Origin: Macrostomum lignano
Lineage: Eukaryota
Assembly (NCBI GenBank): GCA_002269645.1
Contig: NIVC01002201.1
Location: forward strand, 1 to 64,000
DNA: 64,000 nucleotides
Direction: 5' to 3'
The notes beneath the pieces are model-generated. The model saw only the letters and a program-made list of their open reading frames with translations. It was not told the origin of the DNA and made no database searches. The position numbers and the translations under genes are program-made. Shown here one piece after another: positions 24,628 to 56,000 of the stretch. Positions within the stretch are counted from its first letter, which is position 1; every line of letters starts with the position of its first letter.

Positions 24628-25892
24628 ATATATAAAAAAAAATCAATAGTTCTAGAAACAAACTATATTGCACATAGTAAATAATAGCAAACTAGTATTA
24701 AAGGACCAGTTGGGATTAGAGATTAATGCTATACAGTTTTGATTTTAATATGATTTAAATATTAGATTTTTATTTCTTATCATATTTCTATAAAAAATCT
24801 TTGAAATGGAAATCTTACTGTATAAATTAATCATGTATTTTTATATTTTATTAGTGTTTTTTAAACATAGTTGTTTATAGTTGTCAAGCTTAGAAAAATA
24901 TTTTACCTAATAATTTTTATCTAAATTACCTAATAAAAAATCTTTTTTTTGTTTGTTTAACCAAAAAATTGTTTAACTATGCTGCAAAATGTAGTTTGTT
25001 AATACTATAAGCAAACTTTTCTAAAATGTGTTATTATACAACTTATATACACATCTATATAGACTTTTGCTAAATAATAGCAAAGCCCCAATATCTAAAT
25101 GCATCTAATGAACATTTCTTGCTTTTTGTCTGCTACTAGTAAAAGTACATCTATATCTCTTTTAAGTGCTGGGTACTAAGGGTATTTAAGGTCACTCTAA
25201 GATGTCTCAAAGTAGTTTAAAGGGATTTCCTAAATTGGCACCATAGGTTATTTAACACCAGGAACCATGTATTACTGTTTTAGTGAATAGATAAAGCCTA
25301 AAACATATTAGGAAATGGTGAGTTTATGAATAGTGCTAGGGGTCCAAATTTCTAGTTGATGTTTTTGGATCTGTGTGTCTAAATTCATAAGGCTTGGACA
25401 TTGCATTGTAATTGTTAATTAATAAAGAAATAATTGTTAGTTCATTTGTCAATGCATTTTAAGCTATTTATAACTCAGAAAACCAAATGCTTTGCAACAT
25501 TAAATCGTCAGTTAATCTAACCTGACAGAACTGTTCCATCGTATTCACCTTCGTTCTTCCAACTATTTTTTCACACGCTTTTACACTCTCAGCTACTTAA
25601 ACTACTCGTGCCCTCGTCGCAGTTTCTCTAGTAGTAATTTCTCTAATAGTTCTATCTCTTTGCATTGTGTATGCATCCCGCTGTGCTGCCCTTTTCTCCT
25701 CGGCCTGCTTGCCTCCTCGGGTCTACCCCAGCGCTATTGAAGCTTCTGTGTTCAGTAGCTTTGCCTGTCGGTATCGCTGCCCAATTACTGCCACCGAATT
25801 GAGTCTAGGACTGCTTTCGCTTAACTCACAGTAGATTGGATTATCTTTTTGTTCGGCTGCAACTTTCCATTTACAACTATCGTTGTCAGGAA

Positions 25893-26220
25893 GGGTTGTG
25901 GGCGCCCTGGCGCAACGCCTTCGGTGACCACTGACTTCGTCCAGCGTGATCAGCGGCGAGGCAGTTCTTGCCCATTCCGCTGGCTCCTGAGCGCGTCAGC
26001 ACCTTGTACACAGGCACGCACTCAAACACAAGCATGTACACTCTCTGCGCCATGGGGGTTGACCCTCGTGGCTGTTAATCGCACGACAACCCCCCTGGCT
26101 AATTTTCGTAAACACACGCCCCAAATTAATTTGGCTGCGCACGGAGTATAGGCCTCGCTGAGCTGCTCTGCCCTACCCCTCAAGACCTCCAGAGGGGTGT
26201 GGAGGTCCCGGACTCGGTAC
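25893..26220. repeat. Dispersed repeat, copy 2
   Basis: Collinear similarity to 7020-7300. Confidence 0.7.
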
Positions 26221-26649
26221 CTTTGATTTTCCAATGTCCAGTATTAATTACTTAGTACTGCTGATATTGTATTCACTCTTTAGCTTGGGTATTGCCAATG
26301 CTTGCATATCTGCATAATATGAAACCTATGACTCTCCTCTTTGTATGCGATAATCTAATTTACTCATTTTGCTTGAAGCATTCTTATAAATTAATTTCAT
26401 TATAGAATCTTGTCGTCTAACTTCTTTTAATAAGCAAAGTAGTAGTATCTTTGCCGAAAATTAAATTTGTTTCACAATTTAAGTATGCTTGTCGAGAAAT
26501 GTTGTGGTATAGTCTGTAGTTATCAGTGACGTAGCCACGACTTTCATCTGTGTGGGGGTTTGTGGTCACGAGCCAGATCCGCAGCACCTATTAGTCAATG
26601 TATCACCACTGTCATAATGGTCGGGCGTCTGGCGGGGTCATGACCCCCC

Positions 26650-27200
26650 ATTAGAAGTTTTCTTATCAATATTCTGTAGAGAAGGTTTCAAGCTGTAGCT
26701 ATTTTAATGTTCCTGACTGACTTTAAGTTGGGGGCTCCATTATGGGCTTTTGCCTGTTTGCACTGCCTACTCGTATGTACCATTCAAAGCTATAATAGTA
26801 CTTACTTTGGAGCTATTCACATCACATCCAATTCATATTCACAGCCTCTGACACCCAAATCAAAGCCTCTGACACCCAAATCAAAGCCTCTGACACTCAA
26901 ATCAAATCCTCTGACGCCCAAATCAAAACCTCTGACACCCAAATCAAAGCCTCTGACACCCAAATCAAAGCCTCTGACACCCAAATCAAAGCCTCTGACA
27001 CCCAAATCAAAGCCTCTGACACTCAAATCAAAGCCTCTGACACTCAAATCAAAGCTTCTGACACTCAAATCAATTCCTCTGACACCCAAATCAAAGTCTC
27101 TGACACTCAACGCAAAGCCTCTGACACTCAAATCAAAGCCTATGAGTGGCTATGACACCCATTTCGGTGACAATGACATCCAGTTTTAAGTTCTTGACAC
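26650..27200 (+). mobile_element. Dispersed element carrying a 21-bp minisatellite, copy 1
   Basis: Array of CCTCTGACACCCAAATCAAAG at 26844-27150. The left flank (GAAGTTTT...TGTAGCTATTTTAATGTTCCTGACTGACTTT) and right flank (GACAATGACATCCAGTTT) are shared with 32415-32870. Confidence 0.65.
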
Positions 27201-28304
27201 TCAAATTGAAGAAATTGGCACCATTTTACAAGCCACTGACACAATTTTTACATGCAAATGGCACATTTGACAAAGCCAAGTATAGAAGTCAGTTGTTTTT
27301 TATTTACTTTTTTCTTTTTCATTGATCTGGAGCACAAATTATAAGCTTTTATTTAGTAATGCAGTCTTATCTACAGATGCAGGACTGCGAAAAGTTGCGC
27401 CTCAAAGTCGCTTAGTGCGTTAGGCCGGTCAGTATATAATATTATAGTTACATTGGGATTAGGTCGGTCCAGTCAATCCCAATCTATTTCTGGCTGCCTT
27501 TAGCCTGACCTCGTCGCGTGCTAAAACGCAAATACTTGCCTAGTTAATAGGCTAAATGCAAAAATTCTCGACTAGCTCTTTCTTCCCGAGTTCGAATCGG
27601 GGAGGAGAGAGAGAGAGAGCTCGAATCAATTTGCTGACAATCGCACGCGAAGTCTCCCCCCCCAGTGTTTTTATCTACGCAACTCAACGTTTTAATTAGC
27701 AGCTGAAAAAAACACAGTTCGCTCCGGTCGAAAAACTTTTTATTTCCTTTTTATCTCGATCTCCCCTCTCTGTCCCTCTCTCTATCTATCGATTCAAACT
27801 ATTTCTGCTGACTCGAAATTCGAATTCGCAGGCTGAGGTTGATCGGGTATTGGGCGGCGGTAGATTATATATATTTTCGTATGGAGCGGAAGTGCGGAAC
27901 TGGAATGCCTATAGATTAACTTTTTTGAGTTGGTTCGGTGCTATCTTTATGGGCGTATGAGTAGAGCACAGTAGAGAGGGTAGTAAGCTTGTGTCTGCGC
28001 GCTCTGCGACACTTCCGCTGCCACTGCACTGCTGCAAGCCCTCCCTCCCTCTTGCTCTCTGCCCTTTCGTCCGACTTTACTAAACACTACTCGGCCTTAT
28101 CTGTGCCCAAGTGCTCAGCTCAACTTGGCCTGCAATTGTGCGAACTCGCTATGCTGATCCAAAAATTTACAACTCTTGCTTTTGACTTTGCCTGACCACT
28201 TGAGGCCCTGGACTTGGGACATTGTTTGGCAGTGTTCTCTAGTCTAGATAATTTGATAGGACTCTAGTCTATTAATGTAAGTGAATAAGAGTTATGAAGT
28301 AAGG

Positions 28305-29465
28305 TGAGACCAATAGATCCAATGATATGGAAGTGGGTGAGATCGATAGATCTAATGCTATTGAAGTGGGTGAGACCGATAGATCTAATGGTATGGAAGT
28401 GGGTGAGATCGATAGATCTAATGCTAATGAAGTGGGTGAGACCGATAGATCTAATGGTATGGAAGTGGGTGAGATCGATAGATCTAATGCTAATGAAGTG
28501 GGTGAGACCGATAGATCTAATGGTATGGAAGTGGGTGAGACCGATATATCTAATGCTATTGAAGTGGGTGAGACCGATAGATCTAATGCTATTGAAGTGG
28601 GTGAGACCGATAGATCTAATGGTATGGAAGTGGGTGAGACCGATAGATCTAATGCTATTGAAGTGGGTGAGACCGATAGATCTAATGGTATGGAAGTGGG
28701 AAGTGTGTGAGACCGATAGATCCAATGCTATTGAAGTGGGTGAGACCGATAGATCCAATGCTATTGAAGTGGCCAAGTGGGTGAGACCGATAGATCCAAT
28801 GCTATTGAAGTGGGTGAGACCGATAGACCCAATGCTATTGAAGTGGGTGAGACCGATAGACCCAATGCTAATGAAGTGGCCAAGTGGGTGAGACCGATAG
28901 ATCAAATGCTAATGAAGTGGGTGAGACCGATAGATCCAATGCTAATGAAGTGGGTGAGACCTATAGATCTAATGGAATGGAAGTGGGTGAGACCGATAGA
29001 TCCAATGCTATTGAAGTGGGTGAGACCGATAGATCCAATGCTATTGAAGTGGGTGAGACCGATAGACCCAATGCTAATGAAGTGGCCAAGTGGGTGAGAC
29101 CGATAGATCAAATGCTAATGAAGTGGGTGAGACCGATAGATCCAATGCTAATGAAGTGGGTGAGACCGATAGATCTAATGGTATTGAAGTGGGTGAGACC
29201 GATAGATCCAATGCTAATGAAGTGAGTGAGACCGATAGACCCAATGCTAATGAAGTGGGTGAGACCGATAGACCCAATGCTAATGAAGTGGGTGAGACCG
29301 ATAGATCCAATGCTATTGAAGTGGGTGAGACCGATAGATCCAATGCTAATGAAGTGGGTGAGACCGACAGATCCAATGCTATTTTAGGGGGTGAGACCGA
29401 TAGATCCAATGCTAATGAAGTGGGCGAGGCCGATAGATCTAATGCTAATGAAGTGGGTGAGATCA
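28305..29465. repeat. 33-bp minisatellite
   Basis: Unit GAAGTGGGTGAGACCGATAGATCTAATGCTATT, about 34 copies. Confidence 0.97.
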
Positions 29466-30485
29466 GCTAGAGTAAGCTAGAAAACTAGGTTATTAAGCAT
29501 TCGTCACAAATGCAATGAAAAGTGTGTTTGTAAGTACGCTAAAATTAGGTGTAAGTGAAGAGAAGACGTCTCCTTCTCAATAGTCTGTTACATTTTTTCG
29601 TTCAGTTTCTTTTGTCGTTCATCTAACCATAACTAGCGAACGACTCAATTATACTGCATTTTTGCGCTTGCCTCACCTATAAGATAATATATATTGGCTA
29701 TTGGACTGACTGGGGCTAAACTACAAGCAACTAGGACAGAGGCCTTACAGCATCCGCTTGTTGGAGGCTGACGGGTCTTTTTAGACAGATAAGGAAATGA
29801 ACGGGAGAGCTGAAAAAGACGGTCCCATGTCTGTCTGTCCGTAAGCGGGTGGGCCCGTCGCCTTCAAAGAGATAATTACCAACAATAAGGGCCGAGGGCA
29901 CAGCTTTAAGATTCAGTCGCAGTTGGAAAGCTTCTAATTTGCTAGCCTGCACAGCTAAGGCTGGCTGCGTGTCGTTTCTCTACCTCAACGCCTCTCTGAC
30001 TTGCATTTGGGGGTGGAAAACATGGAGGGGGTATAGAAAAATTAGCTTCTTTAGCCGGGAAGAAGAAAGATAAAGGAGGATCAAGCGAAGGAATCGGGCA
30101 TAGATAGGATTTTGGATAGGCGGGCATGCCGGAGAAATAAGCCGCTGAGCATGCGGCTGGCGCATTCGAATGTTATTAAATTGAAATAATCCTCCCCCCC
30201 GCAGTCTTGTGTTTCCGTATCGGGGCATTCTGTTTTGGTGCGCGTTCCCATGAATACGCGGATTGCTTTGGAGCGGAGATAATTAAAAAAATGTGTTGTT
30301 GTTTCTTTTTTCGCTTTGCCTTTAATATATTTTTGTCTATTTTGTCACCGAATTCGAGCAATATGGGTTCTGCATCTTGGTGATAGTTCCGAGGTTATGT
30401 TTATAGTGGTTAGATTTTGAAACTGTCGTAGTACACAGAAGAGTGAGATTTTGATTTTACCTTGTCCAGCTGGTTGAGATTTTGT

Positions 30486-30880
30486 TTGAGGCTACCGTAG
30501 ACAGCAAGGGATGAGATTTTGAGGCTACCATAGACAGCAAGGGATGAGATTTTTAGGCTACCGTAGACAGCAAGGGATGAGATTTTGAGGCTACCGTAGA
30601 CAGCAAGGGATGAGATTTTGAGGCTACCATAGACAGCAAGGGATGAGATTTTGAGGCTACCGTAGGCAGCAAAGGGTGAGATTTTGAGGCTACCATAGAC
30701 AGCAAGGGATGAGATTTTGAGGCTACCGTAGGCAGCAAAGGGTGAGATTTTGAGGCTAAAATAGACAGCAAAGGGGTGAGATTTTGAGGCTACCGTAGGC
30801 AGCAAGGGATAAGATTTTAATTTTTTTCCAGCAGGGGTGAGAGGCCACAACAGAAAGGGTGAGATTCTGAGGCTAACTCG
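30486..30880. repeat. 33-bp minisatellite family A, copy 1
   Basis: Unit GAGATTTTGAGGCTACCGTAGACAGCAAGGGAT. Confidence 0.96.
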
Positions 30881-31110
30881 TCCATCAGGGGTATATAATT
30901 TTGAGGCATCCGAATTTTAGTGTTCTCAATTATTTTATTGTAGAGAGTATGAACTACATGAGCATAAATTTGCGATGATAATGTCATGTTTCATGCTGCC
31001 CGCCTCCGCCTGTCGACCGTCGGGCGTTTAACAGTTTCTTCTTACTCAGCAGCGCAGCCTGTACTAAATCGGCCCAGTCCCCATCCTCTCCTCGGACCCG
31101 CCGCGGCAAG

Positions 31111-49763
<18,653 letters not shown>

Positions 49764-50039
49764 AGTTTGTGACAGGGGAACAACAAGGACCACTGTAGTA
49801 TATCAGGATGGTGCAATTTTTTTCGAGGCCTGTTTTCTAGAGCGGAGTTAGGAACAAAATCATTATTTGCATCACAAAATCTGTGATTAGACTAACAATC
49901 TTCGCCGCCCAATGAGGGACATCTGGATAGAATGCTTGTTCTTTACGAATAACAAATGGACAGCGAAATAAAGCCTTCATAAAAAAATAACAGACATTCC
50001 CTCTAAAAAACATTCCAAGACAGCACTCAAGCATCGATC

Positions 50040-50515
50040 CCCAAATAGCAAGCAACCCCAGACTGCAAGCATCCCCCAGATAGCAAGCATCCCCCAGACT
50101 GCAAGCATCCCCCAGATAGCAAGCATCCCCCAGATAGCAAGCATCCCCCAGACTGCAAGCATCCCCCAGACTGCAAGCATCCCCCAGATAGCAAGCATCC
50201 CCCAGATAGCAAGCATCCCCCAGATAGCAAGCATCCCCCAGACTGCAAGCATCCCCCAGATAGCAAGCATCCCCCAGACTGCAAGCATCCCCCAGATAGC
50301 AAGCAACCCCAGATAGCAAGCATCCCCCAGATAGCAAGCATCCCCCAGATAGCAAGCATCCCCCAGACCGCAAGCAACCCCAGATAGCAAGCATAACCTG
50401 GGATACAAAGAGACCTTATAGATATCTAGCAACCCCCTCTCAGATAGCAAGTTCCCTTCACCCCCAAGAGCAAGCATCTCCCAATAGCAAGTTAACCCGG
50501 TAGCAAGCATCCCTA
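50040..50515. repeat. 18-bp minisatellite
   Basis: Unit AGATAGCAAGCATCCCCC; about 280 nt downstream of the PPP1R16 stop codon. Confidence 0.95.
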
Positions 50516-52031
50516 AAATAAAACAAAATGAAAATAAAACTTTTACTTCGCAAATATATATAACACAACAGGGTAACATTTTTGTTCTAAAAAATCGACC
50601 TACAAAAAGAATTACACAATTGTTAAGAGTAGCGTACTAATATACTACTATTGGTCCCTGTCTGCATGAGCTCGCTCTGTCATTGTTGTTGCTTGTTCTA
50701 AGAAATCGTACCGCTTGGCTTTTTAATTGCTGTAATGTTATATGAATAAATTCTGCTTGGTAGCCCCTACACTTAGCGTCTTCCGCAGGTGGCTCATCCA
50801 GATTTCTATGCGCGTGCGGTCACGGATAATGAAACCATAGAATACGTAAAATGCTCATTCAAACTACTATTTAGTTAATAAGTAGGCTCTGACGAGTATG
50901 CACTTAGATAAATTTATTAGCCTGAATATCTGTCCATGGTTTCTGTGTCTGTGACTTCTGCTGCTGCTGAACATGAAACAAATATAGGACCAATGCTAGC
51001 TAATTCGATGTATTAGATATGGATATGCATATTTTCATCTGTCTATATGTATTTGCAGATGCTGAAATATACTTATTTATCGTTTTACACACAGATATGA
51101 TGATTGTAGACTGTCTTTATTTTGACTCGCGTAAAACAAACAAAAACAGTTATGATTATGATTTATGATTAGGATTATTATTAGTGAGAAAATATTTCAC
51201 TGTCTACTGCCTCAGTAGCAAGTTAAAGGACTTGGTTATCATCTGTTATATAATGTTGTATTCATTTTTTACCCAGAAAAGAACTTTCCGCGCACCATTT
51301 TCGCATTATACTACTTATTTTATACGCCCCGCGAGTAAAAAAACGTGTATAGAGCATTGTTTTAAATTTAGCTTTGATTCTGCAACAATGTCAATTTCTT
51401 ATGACCAAAATTATGTAAAGTACACAGTGTTTTTTATTATTATTCAAATTATTGGTTAATTTTTTGTCATCGAATTGCAAGCCGCGCATACGCGCAAGAT
51501 GCTACTTATCCTAGTAGGAAGTGGCGAATCTTTTTTCCGCATAGAAATACTATATTATTTATGAATTACTATGCTAAAATATAGACAGCTTGTCAGATCT
51601 CAATGTGTTTGGCGCCAGTGCACCTGTTGTTCTTAAATTGCCTCTTCAAATTTTGTAGCTAACTGCGAAGCCTAAAAGTATGCTTTTGTTATACCTTTTA
51701 CATTTTATATAATTCCGCTATACTCCAGCCCGTCACTTGCTATTTTTTCACTTGCATGTGTTTTCTGTCGGCCAACTTCACAACTCCTTTGGATTCCCAG
51801 CTGTGGGGCTCGGCAGGCGGGTGGGGCGCCCCATTTGCCCCTCATTTTATGCATATTTTATCTGTGCGATAATATACGGTTAGGTCCACACGGTGGTGCC
51901 TCAAATATTGGCGCATCATTTCAGCATTGCACTGTCATCCTTGCAGCTTTAGCTGCTCATCACATTGGTGACGCTAACCCGGCGCCAAGATGGTCTTGCT
52001 GCTGCCTTTCTTTCCTGCCATTTTGACACCC

Positions 52032-52852
52032 CAGCTGCTGGGCCAGCCTCTCACATCCTCAGTTTCTGGGCCAGCCTCCCAGATCCTCAGTTGCTGGGCC
52101 AGCCTCCCAGATCCTCAGTTGCTGGGCCAGCCTCCCAGATCCTCAGTTGCTGGGCCAGCCTCCCAGATCCTCAGTTGCTGGGCCAGCCTCCCACATCCTC
52201 AGTTGCTGGGCCAGCCTCCCACATCCTCAGTTGCTGGGCCAGCCTCCCAGATCCTCAGCTGCTGGGCCAGCCTCCCAGATCCTCAGTTGCTGGGCCAGCC
52301 TCCCACATCCTCAGCTGCTGGGCCAGCCTCCCAGATCCTCAGCTGCTGGGCCAGCCTCTCAGATCCTCAGCTGCTGGGCCAGCCTCCCACATCCTCAGTT
52401 TCTGGGCCAGCCTCCCACATCCTCAGTTTCTGGGCCAGCCTCCCACATCCTCAGTTGCTGGGCCAGCCTACCACATCCTCAGTTGCTGGGCCAGCCTCCC
52501 ACATCCTCAGTTTCCTGGCCAGCCTCCCACCTCCTCAGTTGCTGGGCCAGCCTCCCAGATCCTCAGTTGCTGGGCCAGCCTCCCACATCCTCAGTTGCTG
52601 GGCCAGCCTACCACATCCTCAGTTTCTGGGCCAGCCTCCCACATCCTCAGTTGCTGGGCCAGCCTCCCAGATCCTCAGTTGCTGGGCCAGCCTCCCAGAT
52701 CCTCAGTTGCTGGGCCAGCCTCCCAGATCCTCAGTTGCTGGGTCAGCCTCCCAGATCCTCAGCTGCTGGGCCAGCCTCCCACATCCTCAGTTGCTGGGCC
52801 AGCCTCCCAGATCCTCAGTTGCTGGGCCAGCCTCCCAGATCCTCAGCTGCTG
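52032..52852. repeat. 28-bp minisatellite family B, copy 2
   Basis: Same unit as 41485-42245. Confidence 0.96.
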
Positions 52853-53041
52853 GCTCGGTAGCTTGTCTCATTGGTCAGTTGGCATTTAGCCAATTAGAAG
52901 GAGCCTAGAGCACGTTACACACGTGACGCTGCTAAGATAAATAGCCCAACTTTTACGTTAAAGCAGGCAGTTGAAGAAGTCAGTATTAGTCGAACTTCTA
53001 AAAAGAGAAAGAAGCTGTAACGAGCACTCTGAAGCAAAATT

Positions 53042-56000
53042 ATGTCTGATACTTCTAAATATTATTGGCTGTTGTTGCTTTTTCTGCTCGGCATGACTCA
53101 AGCAGCCGAAGCAGCAGCAGCAAATGCCAACGAGGCAGATGTTGTCGGCCAGCTAGACGAGTCGGAGGTCGCAACCGACCAGCGCGTCGTGGCCAGGCGC
53201 ATTCAGATTTTACTGCGCCGAAAGCGCAGCAGCGGCCTCTCATTGCGCGAGCTGAATGACACCTTCGTGCCCAGGGTGCTGGGCGAGCTGCAGTCGCAGG
53301 CGCGCCGATTCCACCTGACCACTTGCGCTGATAGCGAGCGAAACGACGGCGGCGGAGTCTGCGTTCGGTTCAGGGTTGAGTACCCAACTGCCTCTGAGTG
53401 GCGCGGTGAGCTGAACTGCTCTTTGCAAAGTGCTTGCTAGCAGACTTAAATTTCCGCTGGCAAAATTTGTACGCACACTTTAGGGTGTACATGTAGCTTG
53501 AGCACACTTCAGGGAGTACATGTAGGTTGAGCAAACTTCAGGGTGTACATGTAGGTTGAGCACACTTCAGGGTGTACATGTAGGTTGAGCACACTTCAGG
53601 GTGTACATGTAGGTTGAGCACACTTCAGGGTGTACATGTAGGTTGAGCACACTTCAGGGTGTACATGTAGGGTTGAGCACACTTCAGGGTGTACATGTAG
53701 GGTTGAGAGCACAGTTCAGGGTGTGGGATGAGAGCACAGTTAAGGGTGTGGGATGAGAGCAAGTTCAGGGTGTGAAATAAGAGCACAGTTAAGGGTGTGG
53801 GATGAGAGCAAGTTCAGGGTGTGAAATAAGAGCACAGTTAAGGGTGTGGGATGAGAGCAAGTTCAGGGTGTGAAATAAGAGCACAGTTAAGGGTGTGGGA
53901 TGAGAGCACAGTTCAGGGTGTGGGATGAGAGCACAGTTCAGGGTGTGGGATGAGAGCACAGTTCAGGGTGTGGGATGAGAGCACAGTTAAGGGTGTGGGA
54001 TGAGAGCAAGTTCAGGGTGTGAAATAAGAGCACAGTTAAGGGTGTGGGATGAGAGCACAGTTCAGGGTGTGGGATGAGAGCACAGTTCAGGGTGTGGGAT
54101 GAGAGCACAGTTCAGGGTGTGGGATGAGAGCACAGTTCAGGGTGTGGGATGAGAGCACAGTTCAGGGTGTGGGATGAGAGCACAGTTCAGGGTGTGGGAT
54201 GAGAGCACAGTTCAGGGTGTGGGATGAGAGCACAGTTCAGGGTGGTTGGTTTAGGTTAGGGCTTTTGTGTCTCCCTTCATGGTAACTTCAGTAGACTCTG
54301 AAGAGAAGACTCTGAACAAGAAGTTTTTCTAAGTGCAAGAACTCTATCAAATAGGAACTTCATGTTTATTGGTAATTTTGTTAGATTTTTAATTTCTGAA
54401 TTTCGCTACCAATTGGACTGGACTAACCGCTGCCACTTTTCTCAAACAGTCCATATCTCTTCACAAGGTATCAGATTTCCACATGGGTGCCTGCTACCTG
54501 CCCGCCTGCTCGGAATTTGCATTAAATTAGTCAGTGCCTACCTGGCACAGCCTGGCCGCCGTCAGGTGCGGGCGGAGTTGCTTCTTATTTAATTTATTCG
54601 CAATCGGCCACTCTCCAGGCAGTGGCTGCGGTTGAATATTCAAATCATGCCCATCTAATCAAGATAAATAAGTCAGCTGCACTCTTTCGAGCTAGCTGTT
54701 TCCTAGAAAGTGGTTGGTTGCTTCTCAATAAGCGCGTGTGTGCGTTCGAATGTCTTAATCATATTTCAGCGAATAATGGATGCCTTATTTATTAAAAGCA
54801 TAAACTATTATCAGTTTGCAAACCTTTATATTCAATTCTGATGCGCTCCAATGGCGCTAAAATGCGCGTTTAATATGTTCACCACTAGCCAGCAGCCCCT
54901 ATGCATGCAATCCACCCCGACAACAGAGCTGCGGGTGGCCGCTCTGCTGCTGCGGCCGCCGGCCAGCCAGCCGGAGCCGGGCGAACTGCGCGCCTTCGCC
55001 AACCTGGCCGAGGACCGCCTGCGCTCGGTGGAGGGCCTCGACAGCCACTTCGAAGTTACCGCCTTCTGGCGAAACGGCGCCAGCGGCGGTGGCACCGACG
55101 GCGTCACCAAAAATGGCAACGGCAACGGCGGCATCTGGCTCTTCGACTTCGGCGATGGTGGAGGCGGCGGCGGCGGCGGCGGCGGCGGCCCAAGGCTGCT
55201 CAGAGCGGCTTTACCGGCCGCAGCCGCCGCCGCAGCGGCCCTTGCCCTGGCTGGCCTGCTGGCGCGCCATCTGCGGCGCCGGCGCCGACTTCAACAACGC
55301 CGCCTTCAGCAGAGCCGTCGCCGCTGCCGACTATGGAGCGTCGAGACCGCGTCCACCTGGGTTGAAGATGGCGACTCCGGCACCGTCAGGAGCGGCGACT
55401 CCTCCGACTCCGAGGCCGAGCCGCCCAGCCGCCCCATCCGCTTCCGCGGCAGCTCCGACCGGCCGTTCGTTGACGCCTCCGACGCCGCCGCCAAGTTCGC
55501 CAGCCTGGTCGGCCTGCCGCCGCTGGTCGCCCCAGCCGCCGCTACCCCCGACTTCCAGACCGTCGCGAGCCTGGAGCCCTGGTGGCCGCACGGCTTCGCC
55601 CTGGTTTCGGCGAACGCCGAGCCGACGGCTCTTCTGGCCGGACTGTGGGAGGCCAACTGCACCGTGGTGTGCAGCCTGCGGCCCGCGGCCACCGGCCTCG
55701 ACGACAGCGGCGGCGGCCAGTTCCGGCTGTGGGGTCTCCGCGCCTCCTGCCACCCGAGCCACACGCTGCGCTACCTGAGCCTGGCCTGCCTGGACTCCAA
55801 CCTGATGAAGCGCCTCACCCTATGCAGCTTCACCGCCGCCTGGGACCCGGCCTCCGGCCTGCCGCTCGGCCGGGCCAACTTCGTCCGGTTCGGCGTCGCC
55901 TGCGCCGCAGCGCTGGCCGCTGCGCCCGACTCCGCCAGGGCGGCCTTCATCGGCCCTGGGCCCGGGCTGGCCGGCTCCGCCCTGCTGCCAGCCTTCCTGG

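Noticed and set aside
25560-28250. Missing CEP350 5' exon or a retroelement ORF1 in the GC-richer patches (25560-25860, 27990-28250)
   Set aside because: Frames are short with stops, there is no suitable phase-1 donor with a coding-like upstream sequence, and no recognisable motif.
52030-52650. Hammerhead-like CTGAGGA…CCCAGAAAC on the minus strand of some 28-bp units
   Set aside because: It appears only in a minor unit variant and has no stem I, stem III or NUH site, so it is likely chance.
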